In this document: positions 30,925-40,449 of the stretch, piece after piece
Position numbering within the stretch: the first letter of the stretch is position 1
Layout of the letters: each line of letters starts with the position of its first letter
Assembly (NCBI GenBank): GCA_043803945.1
Contig: JAZDJN010000035.1
Span: 58,324-122,323 of the forward strand
Source: a bacterium
Lineage (GTDB): Bacteria > Bacteroidota > Ignavibacteria > UBA10030
DNA length: 64,000 nucleotides
Direction of reading: 5' to 3'
Made by a program: the position numbers and the translations under genes
Notes under the pieces: model-generated
Databases searched by the model: none
Seen by the model: the letters and a program-made list of their open reading frames with translations, nothing else
Told to the model about the DNA's origin: nothing

Positions 30925-33900
30925 TTACATTTCCATTGTCATCATACCGGGAATGATCGGTGAAAAGGAACTCTCACATGATTCATCAACCAGTGTTACA
31001 CGATACTCCCAAATATCGATTGAATTCTCTAGAGGTGGATAATCCAAATAAGAACTGCTCAAAGCACTTACTGCACCGATGAATTCAAAAGCATTGTTTG
31101 GATAATTCCATGCAACAGGACGACGATAGATCCTGTAATACCATGGCGAACCGGGGCAACCAACATTTTCCCAATACACTTCGATACTATTGACCAGATT
31201 TCCACTTGCGCTTCCCCAGGTCGGTGCAGGTGGTGGATTTGTAGCAATGAAGGAAGCATAAATCGTATTATTGGATTGAACATTATAGAAAGTATAGCCT
31301 TCAACATTTCCCTGTGGGGATCCATTAACGAATACATTTTTGACCCGCGAAGTCCAGTTTTCAGAATAAATTGAGAATGTTTTATTTTGTCCTTCTACCA
31401 CTTGCACAGAACCACTTGGATCTATATAACCACCTGATCCTTGAACACTTGCATTGATTGTATAGATACGATTAAAGTTCGCTGTTATGTCTTTGGAACC
31501 ATCCATTGTAACAATAATAGATGACTGTGATCCACTTGCACTTCCACTCCAATTGCTGAATGTATAACCGGTGGCCACTGTCGCAGTCAATGTAACCTGC
31601 TCACCATGGGTGTATTGCGTCTTATTCGGTGATTTCGAAACCGTGCCTCCTCCCGAGGGATTTATAGAAATACTCAATGCATACGAGTTCTGGGTAAAGT
31701 TTGCTGTAATATTTTTCTCACTGTCCATGGTAACCACTATTTGTGACTGTGATCCACTTGCACTTCCACTCCAATTGCTGAATGTATAACCGGTGGCCGC
31801 TGTCGCAGTCAATGTAACCTGCTCACCATGGGTGTATTGCGTCTTATCCGGTGATTTCGAAACCGTGCCTCCTCCCGAAAGATTTATCTCGATATTTAAT
31901 GAATAATTAGGATACTGAGTTGTAAAGTTCCTCACTTCCGACCATGCACTACTATCTGTACTCTTGATCGCTTGAATCCTCCAAAAGTACTGTGTGCTAT
32001 AATCAAGCCCATTGAGATAATAACTATTTGAGCCACACGGTTGATCTCTTAACACACTCTCGTTTGTAAATGTTGAACTCGTCGCGACCTGAACGCGATA
32101 AGACGTTGCTTCAGTTACTGCACTCCATTGAAGTGTGATATCTGTCGGTAAATCGGATCCTCCATTATCTGGATTCGAAAGATCAGGAGGTGGCAAAGTA
32201 ATCTTAAAGAGCTTGCCTTCACCCGGAGGAAAAGCGCTTGTAAAAGTTCCGTTTGGATTCAGAACCGCTTTTGAACAATCTTCTACATTGACTATTGATT
32301 TCTTTGATGTATAGTCAAAATATAGTGTAATATTTCTATTGTCTGATGGATGCGTCCGCCGATTAACCACATAGAAGTACTGTGTGTTGTCTCTTAGAAA
32401 ATTCGCTGTTTCAACATACCTATCTTCACCAGTAACTCCAGTCGAACAGTTTGTAATTGTATTGGTATTATCCCAAACACCAGCCGTTGATTGATCATGC
32501 CAGCCTTTTGCGCCACGCCAAGTCAACGATACTAAGGTCGGTCCAAGGATTGATATTCTTTGATTTAATGCTCTGATAGCCTCCCATTTATTTCCGCCAT
32601 AAGAAAGATTCTCTGGATAGACAATTCTTTCAGATCCATTACGATCGAGAATCCCAATTCCCCACGGTTTACCCACCTCTACTGGAGTCGATTGATAGAG
32701 GAAATAATTGATTCCTTTGACTCCATATGCCAATGCTAGGTTTGTCATCATGCGGAGTTCTTGGAGTGTCGGTTCACGATTTGAACCCCCATCATTTGGA
32801 TTTGGCTCATACCATTCATGTGCTTGAAGTGTAATCCAAAATGGAACCCCTTGCTCATTTGAAACAAGAATATTTGGCTTAAGACAACGATCAATAAATT
32901 CACCTTGTACACCATCGGCATTCCATCCAGCATTCATCCCGTTTTGTAGCCGATTGAAGTAATCTGCTTCACCTGGGAGCGGATAATCTGATTTGATAGG
33001 ATAATTGTCAGTTAGATTTTGCTTATTTCGGGTCCATAAAATGTTTCTTCTCACATAAGTAGCGATAGTATCAGGATAATCACTCTTATGCCAAGCCATA
33101 TTATAATGCAATCCTGTTTTGCCCGATGAGCCTACATTATTCTGTATTATTTGTTCTGTATGTCCAACAGCATGCCATTCAGCCATATTAGGTTCGTCGC
33201 GAATTTTAAACCTAGCTAATGCAGAGTATGGTTTAAACAAATTCACCTCATTATTTATTAAGGAATCATATTGACCATTAAAGATCGAGTTACCGTCCTC
33301 ATCATCAATAAATATCGCGTCGAGATAACAACTGACCAACCCATGCCAGTATACTTGATAGTCATAGGGAGTGGTTGATGTAAAACGATTTTTTTTATCA
33401 AACTCCCCTGTCGTATACGTTACATTATCGACTTCAATTAATGGTGAAGCCATTCCTTCGGGAGGCGGTGGTGCCTGGGGAGCTACAGCGGTTTTAAAAA
33501 ATTTTAGAGCAGTTATTGTTTGATATGAACCATCGTTTGTAAAACGATTGGCATAAACAATCGAATCCTTAACGTTTGTTCCACACACAACTTTCACCGT
33601 AACAACAGGTGTTTGGTCTATAGTAGTGCCCGATGGTAGGCGCATTCTGACTTTTACAAAATATGGTACTGAATCAGTTTGTTCCTTGTTTGTTATTAGT
33701 CCTTTGGCTAAGAATCCTGAGTCTGGATGAACGTTAATGAGAGCGCTTCTTGCATTATTTTGATTCTGTAGATTATCTGGAAATTTCGATGCAATCTGTC
33801 CGTCATTCATCAGATCACCAATCAAATTACTCTGTGAATATTGTTGAGCATTCTCTGGGTGATATTCCCACCGCTGGCCGCTTGTTGCATCGCGTGAAAT

Positions 33901-34212
33901 AATGCGCCGATCAATTACCAGTTTTATACCTTGAGAGGCAGCATAATCCAATGCATTTTTCGTGTCGCGTTCACTATATTGGCCTTGAAAGGTGATCATT
34001 CCCCAATTCAATCCCAGGTTTTTTATTTTTTGAAAGTCTGCCGAGGTCAGCGGATTTGTATCACCATTCGGTTTATTAAGCCATTCTGCCCCAATAATAA
34101 ACTCTGTTTGTTGCGCTTGCCCCCTAGTTATACTTAGGCCTAAAAAAGTTACTAGTAAAAGTAGCAGACGCCCAATGTATCCTTTTTGTATAGGCATATT
34201 ATTTTCCTCCAC
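30925..34212 (-). CDS. Large secreted multidomain protein: glycoside-hydrolase-like barrel, FN3 and two bacterial Ig-like (InlB-B/Flg_new-type) repeats
   Basis: Signal peptide; IRDEPN and REPT.QELRMMTNLALAYGVKGINYFLY (GH-A clan-like); FN3 LQWSAV...YFWRIQA; two VTLTAT.ATGYTFSNWSG repeats; no CTD. Confidence 0.7.
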   Translation of the reverse strand: MEENNMPIQKGYIGRLLLLLVTFLGLSITRGQAQQTEFIIGAEWLNKPNGDTNPLTSADFQKIKNLGLNWGMITFQGQYSERDTKNALDYAASQGIKLVIDRRIISRDATSGQRWEYHPENAQQYSQSNLIGDLMNDGQIASKFPDNLQNQNNARSALINVHPDSGFLAKGLITNKEQTDSVPYFVKVRMRLPSGTTIDQTPVVTVKVVCGTNVKDSIVYANRFTNDGSYQTITALKFFKTAVAPQAPPPPEGMASPLIEVDNVTYTTGEFDKKNRFTSTTPYDYQVYWHGLVSCYLDAIFIDDEDGNSIFNGQYDSLINNEVNLFKPYSALARFKIRDEPNMAEWHAVGHTEQIIQNNVGSSGKTGLHYNMAWHKSDYPDTIATYVRRNILWTRNKQNLTDNYPIKSDYPLPGEADYFNRLQNGMNAGWNADGVQGEFIDRCLKPNILVSNEQGVPFWITLQAHEWYEPNPNDGGSNREPTLQELRMMTNLALAYGVKGINYFLYQSTPVEVGKPWGIGILDRNGSERIVYPENLSYGGNKWEAIRALNQRISILGPTLVSLTWRGAKGWHDQSTAGVWDNTNTITNCSTGVTGEDRYVETANFLRDNTQYFYVVNRRTHPSDNRNITLYFDYTSKKSIVNVEDCSKAVLNPNGTFTSAFPPGEGKLFKITLPPPDLSNPDNGGSDLPTDITLQWSAVTEATSYRVQVATSSTFTNESVLRDQPCGSNSYYLNGLDYSTQYFWRIQAIKSTDSSAWSEVRNFTTQYPNYSLNIEINLSGGGTVSKSPDKTQYTHGEQVTLTATAATGYTFSNWSGSASGSQSQIVVTMDSEKNITANFTQNSYALSISINPSGGGTVSKSPNKTQYTHGEQVTLTATVATGYTFSNWSGSASGSQSSIIVTMDGSKDITANFNRIYTINASVQGSGGYIDPSGSVQVVEGQNKTFSIYSENWTSRVKNVFVNGSPQGNVEGYTFYNVQSNNTIYASFIATNPPPAPTWGSASGNLVNSIEVYWENVGCPGSPWYYRIYRRPVAWNYPNNAFEFIGAVSALSSSYLDYPPLENSIDIWEYRVTLVDESCESSFSPIIPGMMTMEM
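31522..31878. repeat. Intragenic tandem duplication, 222-bp period
   Basis: 31522-31656 and 31744-31878 are 135-bp blocks differing at 2 positions. Confidence 0.9.
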
Positions 34213-34252
34213 TTGAAAATAGATCCCACTTAAGGTATCTTGTAAATAAAAA

Positions 34253-34344
34253 GCCCTCAGTGCCCTTGATCAGGGCTGAACTATCACTCTCTTGGCGGGG
34301 AGTATTTTTCATCCTGTCATGAAATTGTTGACAGGACTGGGGGC
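34253..34344. ncRNA. Candidate four-way-junction structured RNA or leader upstream of the 1095-aa gene
   Basis: Closing stem GCCCTCAG/CTGGGGGC enclosing hairpins GCCCT/AGGGC, ACTCTC/GGGAGT and TCCTGTCA/TGACAGGA. Confidence 0.5.
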
Positions 34345-34508
34345 ATTTAATTATTAGAACATCCGAATATTCAATACACTAGAATTTTAGCATACCTTCT
34401 TGCGTGAAAAGCAATCCGGTAATTTGCATGCTTTTCGTGTCAACGTTTCTATTCAGATGCTCTATTGTTTTATTTGATCAAAATCAAAACACTTTTATTT
34501 TTCCTTTT

Positions 34509-36149
34509 CTATCTAACAAGTATCGCCTTCTTCGTTTCTTGTATTTGTTGATCAACAGTTAAGGTGTAATAGTAAACACCGGATGAAACCTTATTTCCTA
34601 CGGCATCACTTCCGTTCCATGGTACTCGATAATCCCCAGATTCTTGCACTTTTTCAACAAGCCTTATTATTTCTCTTCCCAAAGAATCGAATATTACCAA
34701 TTTTACAAGACCTCTCTTTATAATCGCGTATTCAATTGTGGTAGATGGATTAAAAGGATTGGGGTAGTTTTGACGGAGCTTAAAGTCTGTTGGAAAATCA
34801 CCTAACTCCTCAACAAGGGTAAACCAAGGATCTCCACTAAGAACCACGACATACCCATCCATTGAGTATGCACCATAATCTGCTGGGACGGTTGTGCCAA
34901 AATCATTCACACCATCACCGTTGATATCTCCAAGAGATGATGTTCTATCAAAAGCAGTACTTCCCACTAATCCTCTTGTTCGAATTCCTACTCGCTGCTG
35001 GGATAGTACTTTCCCACCTAGATAGACAAATATTGCTACACCGGGTGCCCCGACTACATAACATGGAACAGCAAAATCATTTATGCCATCCTTATTGACA
35101 TCTCCGATATCCGTTGCATAATGGCTGAAACGAAATGCTGTTGTGTCCGGACTCTTGAGAATAAAGCTAGGCTTCCAATCGACTGTATCCTGTCTGCCAA
35201 AAAACAATAATAAACTGATTAATCTATTACCCAAACATGAAATATCCATTACCCCATCATTATTTACATCTAAAAGATTAAAATATGGCAAGTTTTCAAT
35301 ATTTAATTCTTTCAATCCAAGTCTTTGATACGCGTGGCTCTTTGAGAATGTCCAATCTTTCCTCCCTAAAAATATTTCTAATGACCCCTTGAGTGTGTCT
35401 CCAGTAAGAGATCTTGAATCTGATCCTATACACAAATCTTTCAATCCATCCCCGTTTATGTCGCCTATTTTCACTTGTGTGCCAAACATTGATTTTATCT
35501 TTTCCCCTATTGCCGTAACATCGGGTGCAGTACTAAATATTGGTTTTCCGAAATACACATATACCTTTCCTTCTAACCTACCGTAATTGGGTGCACCAAT
35601 TACCAAGTCATTATACCCATCAGCATTGATATCTCCTATATCCATCGCCGAACCAAAACGGGTTTCACTTAATACTCCACCGGGCAACTCAGCTGGAATA
35701 GCCAATCCTGGTATCGTGTCCAATACCAACGGATTCGAAATTGTTGGTATTCGTCCAAAATATATAAAGACTGTATCGGGAGCATAGGAAGTATATATAC
35801 CTTGATGGACAATAAGATCCTTCTTACCATCTCCATTCAAGTCTCCCATCACCATGTTATCGCCACCTGAGAGAATGATGTCGGGCTTGTCATCGAGTAT
35901 TCTAGGACCACCAAAATAGATAAAGGTTTTACCAATCCCCTGAGCACTCACTGCGAAATCCGGCCAACCATCTCCATTGATATCTCCCAGTCCGAGAATA
36001 CCAGTACCAAGCATCATCTTCGATCCAGGCGTACCTTCTACTTCTAGAATGGTCTTTAGATATTGTGCGTTGACATGACCAGTTGATAAAATAATCAGAA
36101 CTATTATTGTTAATATATATCCAACTCGATCGAATAATTGTTTCATCAT
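34509..36149 (-). CDS. FG-GAP (integrin-alpha beta-propeller) repeat protein with T9SS type A sorting domain
   Basis: Signal peptide; multiple GDINGDG..D repeats, LVIGAP, VYVYFG; C-terminal QNYPNPFNPSTTIEY. Confidence 0.9.
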   Translation of the reverse strand: MMKQLFDRVGYILTIIVLIILSTGHVNAQYLKTILEVEGTPGSKMMLGTGILGLGDINGDGWPDFAVSAQGIGKTFIYFGGPRILDDKPDIILSGGDNMVMGDLNGDGKKDLIVHQGIYTSYAPDTVFIYFGRIPTISNPLVLDTIPGLAIPAELPGGVLSETRFGSAMDIGDINADGYNDLVIGAPNYGRLEGKVYVYFGKPIFSTAPDVTAIGEKIKSMFGTQVKIGDINGDGLKDLCIGSDSRSLTGDTLKGSLEIFLGRKDWTFSKSHAYQRLGLKELNIENLPYFNLLDVNNDGVMDISCLGNRLISLLLFFGRQDTVDWKPSFILKSPDTTAFRFSHYATDIGDVNKDGINDFAVPCYVVGAPGVAIFVYLGGKVLSQQRVGIRTRGLVGSTAFDRTSSLGDINGDGVNDFGTTVPADYGAYSMDGYVVVLSGDPWFTLVEELGDFPTDFKLRQNYPNPFNPSTTIEYAIIKRGLVKLVIFDSLGREIIRLVEKVQESGDYRVPWNGSDAVGNKVSSGVYYYTLTVDQQIQETKKAILVR

Positions 36150-36524
36150 TAAACACCTACCAGGTCAACAAATCACTTGAGAAACGATACATAGCTTGAC
36201 ATTTGTAAGTCCATATTTCAATCATTATTGTCCGAGCGCTCTTTTCAGAAGAAAATAATTTATTCATTCTTCTAGATTGTGAGCTTATGTCTTTATCCTT
36301 GTTGGATTCTATTATGTGTTTGCAGTTGGATGAAAGAAGGAGAACGGAAAGGATCAGTAGAATATAAGATTCATAGACCTGTCCGCAATAAAGATGGCAG
36401 TTCAGGTTCGTACCTTCAACAAAGTTGCTCCTCTTTACAGTCTCTTCTTTCTTCACGCGAATCAAACGGAGTACAACTCGCTATGGTGCTGGAAGAGGGT
36501 AGAAATAAAACTATTTATTGTCAA

Positions 36525-36855
36525 TCAGGTAAACACCTGAAAAATGGAAGAAAAACACCTGAGGCGAATTTTAAGTGAATTAAGGGCTATTTTTAATTAA
36601 TCTGGCCTATTCCTCGCTTTTAATACAATTATGCTTGATTGGCTTAAATTGTTCCGAAAATCATCCTTGTCGATTGGTGGTCATTATGTTGGACCGTATA
36701 GATTACTCAATAACAATAGAATGCCCATGTTCATTGCTGCATTGACCGGCTGATGCGGCTAGCGATATAAATAAAGCGGTAACCACGACAATCCGTACTT
36801 TGAACTAGGGAGGCGGATCAGGGAGCACTGTTTCACTTATCGGGGGAAAGGATAG
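36525..36855. repeat. Conserved non-coding element, copy 2 (copy 1 at 7845-7989)
   Basis: TCAGGTAAACACCTGA at 36525-36540 with ACACCTGAGG at the same 14-nt spacing; blocks at 36783-36814 and 36844-36855. Confidence 0.8.
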
Positions 36856-36905
36856 ATAAGGTTTGTAAGAACATCTCTCGCTGAAACCAGCAAAAGGCCG
36901 AGGAT

Positions 36906-38672
36906 TTAAAAATATCCAATACGCTCTTCTCGTGCTCGCAAATCTCTAAATTGATTAACGGTGATTTGCGCTGACATCTTCTTCTCCCTCAAATCTTTGA
37001 CAGCCCGAACTCTTTCAACCGCTAACTGTATCGCTGTCTCAAGTGCATCAAAGATGTCGTCATGTGCTCCATCGGGAAAATCATTCAACTCTCCCTTTAC
37101 TAGAGCCATGCGTCCTTTAAGAAAGAATACTTTTCGATTTTGAAAGTATGGCTGAACTGCAAATCCTCTTGTAATCTTGTCACTCCCCCTGCTAACCTGC
37201 ACCGCTGGAACTTCAGTGGTTTCGATTAAATGTTGCTCCATCGCTGCCTGATATGCAACAGCTTCAATCCCAACCAACTGACTCCCCCACTTACGGTGTG
37301 TGGCAACGATAGCTCTCGTCTGCTCGCCAAACGTGTATTTATTTCTAACAAAATCCAAGCAGTAAATATTGAAATTGTAATCTACCCCAATAGTGAAGTC
37401 TACAAAGTAATCCGCTTTGTTGCTTTTACTCGACGCTAAATCTGTACCATCTACAATCACAAGATCATCAAAGTCCACGATCGCGCCATCCGAAAACCTC
37501 TTGATGTTTCCATCTGGCGTAAACTCAAAATCATTATCCATCCATGCCATCTGGAACACCTTGTTCTTTTCTTCTGTGATCTCCTGCTGCTGTTCCCTAT
37601 CAAACACCCATGGAGTTGTCGCATTCTCTAACTTCTTTTCTAACATCTTCTCGATTGGCCACATATCCGAAGCTAGAACCACCCCGTCATCGCTATGCTT
37701 AACCTCAACAAGTTTCGGAATGCCGTTCTCATCTTCCTTCATCACAAACTCATAGTGCGTCGGATACTTGATAATCGCCTTATCGATCCCGTATGTCCAC
37801 GTCGGCTTGTTCTGTGTCCGTTCATAGAGATCATCACTGTTCTTCCGGGTCCCAATCATCAGTGCCCACCCCTTTTCGTCCAATAACTCAAGGATCGTGG
37901 CATTGAACCAAGACTCTATATCGTCTCGCTTCTGCTGTGTGTCACTATCGTTTTTCTCTATAATGTCGTCCGCAATGATACCGTCAAACCTGGCACCAGT
38001 AATAGCCTGACCTGTACCGATTGCTTGTAACGTGGGATCTTTCAAACTATTATTTGACCGCCTTACATAGAACATATCCTTGCTCCATGTCCCGGAAAGA
38101 TCAACTTCCAGCCCTTGCTCGTCTAATCCCTTTGTCAAATTGCCGAAATCATAAATAATCCGATCGTTCGACTCAAACTGCCGGCGTATCGCTAACAGGT
38201 ATTTCTGAGCTTCATTGCCTACATTGGTGATGTGCAACAATCGAATGTTGTCCTGAAGACAAATCTTTCTTACAGGTAACTCAAAACTGTATATTCTCGA
38301 TTTGCCGTGCGATCGGGGGGCTAATTGCAGGTGACGACGCAACCCATAGTTCTTGCGCCATCTGTCTTGGTGAGCATAAGGCTTCAATCCTAAGTAATAC
38401 TGTCCAAAAAAAGACCGATTGAAGAAACCGGCATAGATACGTACTCCTGCCTGCCAATCTCTAATCGGTCGCTTGTAACCACAATCGTTGTCTAAGGCAA
38501 TCTCAAGAAGCCTGACTCTCACCGTATCAGTCAAGTGTGAACCACTCACCCTGAGAATCAAATTCTTTACTGCCTTTTCCTCTTCACTTTGAAAGTCCGA
38601 TTCGTAGAATCGATATCCTGACGAAGCAAGTTGGAACCACAACTCATAATCGCTATTGGTCCATTGCTTCAA
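36906..38672 (-). CDS. terL: Phage terminase large subunit
   Basis: Walker A LAPRSHGKS, Walker B GIIADDI, IGTR motif; RNase-H nuclease DGTDLAS...ADY and FPDGAHDDIFDAL. Confidence 0.92.
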   Translation of the reverse strand: MKQWTNSDYELWFQLASSGYRFYESDFQSEEEKAVKNLILRVSGSHLTDTVRVRLLEIALDNDCGYKRPIRDWQAGVRIYAGFFNRSFFGQYYLGLKPYAHQDRWRKNYGLRRHLQLAPRSHGKSRIYSFELPVRKICLQDNIRLLHITNVGNEAQKYLLAIRRQFESNDRIIYDFGNLTKGLDEQGLEVDLSGTWSKDMFYVRRSNNSLKDPTLQAIGTGQAITGARFDGIIADDIIEKNDSDTQQKRDDIESWFNATILELLDEKGWALMIGTRKNSDDLYERTQNKPTWTYGIDKAIIKYPTHYEFVMKEDENGIPKLVEVKHSDDGVVLASDMWPIEKMLEKKLENATTPWVFDREQQQEITEEKNKVFQMAWMDNDFEFTPDGNIKRFSDGAIVDFDDLVIVDGTDLASSKSNKADYFVDFTIGVDYNFNIYCLDFVRNKYTFGEQTRAIVATHRKWGSQLVGIEAVAYQAAMEQHLIETTEVPAVQVSRGSDKITRGFAVQPYFQNRKVFFLKGRMALVKGELNDFPDGAHDDIFDALETAIQLAVERVRAVKDLREKKMSAQITVNQFRDLRAREERIGYF

Positions 38673-39496
38673 CCTGAATCATTCTTCTTTCCTCCACTAT
38701 TGTTTCCCTCTGTCTCAACCATCACCGCAGGCGTTAATCCAATTTCCTTGTACAATATCTCTCTAAACTTTTTCTCTCTCTTCTCTCCTTCTAATCCCTC
38801 AAGCTGTGTCTGAATCCGGACAAACCGTTCGTTACGCTCACTCTGACTAATGTTTACCTGGCCGCCATCCCCTACGTTCACTTGCATGTTGATCGTCGGA
38901 TCTCCAAATCGTGGTTTCAAGCCCAACGATTGGTGTATCTCAATACTCTTGTCAATCATATCTACCCATCTGACAAGATTTTCCGTGTTATCCCTCATCG
39001 GCATACCTGTCTGGGCTTCTAACTTGAACAGCATCGCTACCCTGGTGTGCATCACGTTCAATGCATAGCGCAGATGTCCGAGATGATCGACATCTTCAAA
39101 AAATTCTGACGACCTTCTCAAGAATGATTGAATCTGTTGCTGAACTCCCAGCAAAGCGCCATACGCCGGGTCGCTCTTGTCAAGGGTCAGTTTCATTGTC
39201 TTCTGCAACTCTTCGCCAATGGTCGTAAGCTGATAGTTCAGTGTTTCTTTCAATTTCTTAACCGCTTCAGCATTGTTTGGATTAGCTAATTTCGTAGTAT
39301 TAACCAATTCCCTTAACTTCGCCTTTCGAGTTGCAAATGTCCGAACACTAAATCTCTCACCAAACCGTTCGCTTGCTTTCACCTTGACAACAGATGGCGG
39401 TAATCCTGATAACAAAAGAGCATCTATCTCTTTCAGATTTGGTGAGTCAGACAGCTTCTTACGGGGCTTCTTTCTTAATACATCTTCAATCTGCAT
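38669..39496 (-). CDS. Putative terminase small subunit
   Basis: 275 aa, helical with HTH-like N-terminus; 4-nt overlap with terL; called by position. Confidence 0.55.
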   Translation of the reverse strand: MQIEDVLRKKPRKKLSDSPNLKEIDALLLSGLPPSVVKVKASERFGERFSVRTFATRKAKLRELVNTTKLANPNNAEAVKKLKETLNYQLTTIGEELQKTMKLTLDKSDPAYGALLGVQQQIQSFLRRSSEFFEDVDHLGHLRYALNVMHTRVAMLFKLEAQTGMPMRDNTENLVRWVDMIDKSIEIHQSLGLKPRFGDPTINMQVNVGDGGQVNISQSERNERFVRIQTQLEGLEGEKREKKFREILYKEIGLTPAVMVETEGNNSGGKKNDSG

Positions 39497-39621
39497 TGGC
39501 GTTTTCTTCTTAAATCCGTTTTATTCGTTTGCACTGGATGCAATAGTGCAAGTGTCTTTTTTCTGTCAATTACACGCCTACTTTACCCCAGCTTCATCGC
39601 ACACAACTTACTGTCATCGAC

Positions 39622-40449
39622 TCATGTCCGCACCAACGAGCCATCTTTCACTATCTTTTCAGATTCTTTTTCCATTTGTCTCACCGGTGAGACACTTTCC
39701 ACGGATGGATTACCCATCAATTCCCGGAACACCTCATTGATGTCTTTGCCTGTTTCAATGGCTGTCCTCTTCATCCGGTCCGCGATCTGTTTGTTAGCTT
39801 CATCCATGATAATCCACAGATGGGTTTGACCACCAAAGCTGAATATCATATAACTCTTCTGCACAGTCCCACCATACTTGGAGAACATTTCATTCAACAC
39901 CGCAGCTAAGCCATCGATGGTTTTGATTTCCTTCTTGGCATTATCAAGAGCACCCTTCATATCGTCAGGAAGAGAACTCTTCACAGACATATACAGACTC
40001 TCAAATGCCGCTTTGTCGATAAACGCCATCATCTGCCGGGTAACATCATCACCATACTTCGACGATAGTTGATCGAACATCCTTGTGAATTTCAGCGGGT
40101 CAATCTTACCTTTGATAAGGTTGAATCGCATATTCTGGAACTTCTGCATATCCTCATCAAAGCTCCATTCCACAATGCAGGGAACTTCAATCTTGCCGGC
40201 CACCTTCGCCGCTTTTACTCGATGACTGCCGGAAACAGACAGATACCGACCTTCCATCCCTTTTTCTAAGCGGGGACATACCAACACCGGCTCTTTGACG
40301 CCTACTTCGGTGATATTCTTGACCAACAGGTTAAACGTCGCAGGATCCTCTTCATTGGGATTCCATTCCGGCTCGTCAATCAATTCAATCGGGATATATT
40401 CTATCGATATCCGTTGCTCAACTGCAACCTGTCTTTGTTTATTACTCAT
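39622..40449 (-). CDS. ParB/Srx N-terminal domain protein
   Basis: WNPNEE, LVKNITEVGVKEPVLV and VSGSHRVKAA (GxxR motif); likely start overlaps the GT stop. Confidence 0.85.
   Translation of the reverse strand: MSNKQRQVAVEQRISIEYIPIELIDEPEWNPNEEDPATFNLLVKNITEVGVKEPVLVCPRLEKGMEGRYLSVSGSHRVKAAKVAGKIEVPCIVEWSFDEDMQKFQNMRFNLIKGKIDPLKFTRMFDQLSSKYGDDVTRQMMAFIDKAAFESLYMSVKSSLPDDMKGALDNAKKEIKTIDGLAAVLNEMFSKYGGTVQKSYMIFSFGGQTHLWIIMDEANKQIADRMKRTAIETGKDINEVFRELMGNPSVESVSPVRQMEKESEKIVKDGSLVRT
39677..39694. promoter_or_regulatory. parS-like palindrome, copy 3 (3' end of the parB-like gene)
   Basis: TGTCTCACCGGTGAGACA, perfect. Confidence 0.75.

Noticed and set aside
34253-34344. Cloverleaf as a tRNA
   Set aside because: No TTCRA T-loop, D-loop GG, 7-nt anticodon loop or CCA end; kept only as a candidate structured RNA.
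36157-36578. 102-aa (minus) and 99-aa (plus) ORFs upstream of the FG-GAP gene
   Set aside because: No recognisable domain, mutually overlapping, and the plus ORF runs into the conserved non-coding element; at most a decayed lipoprotein start.
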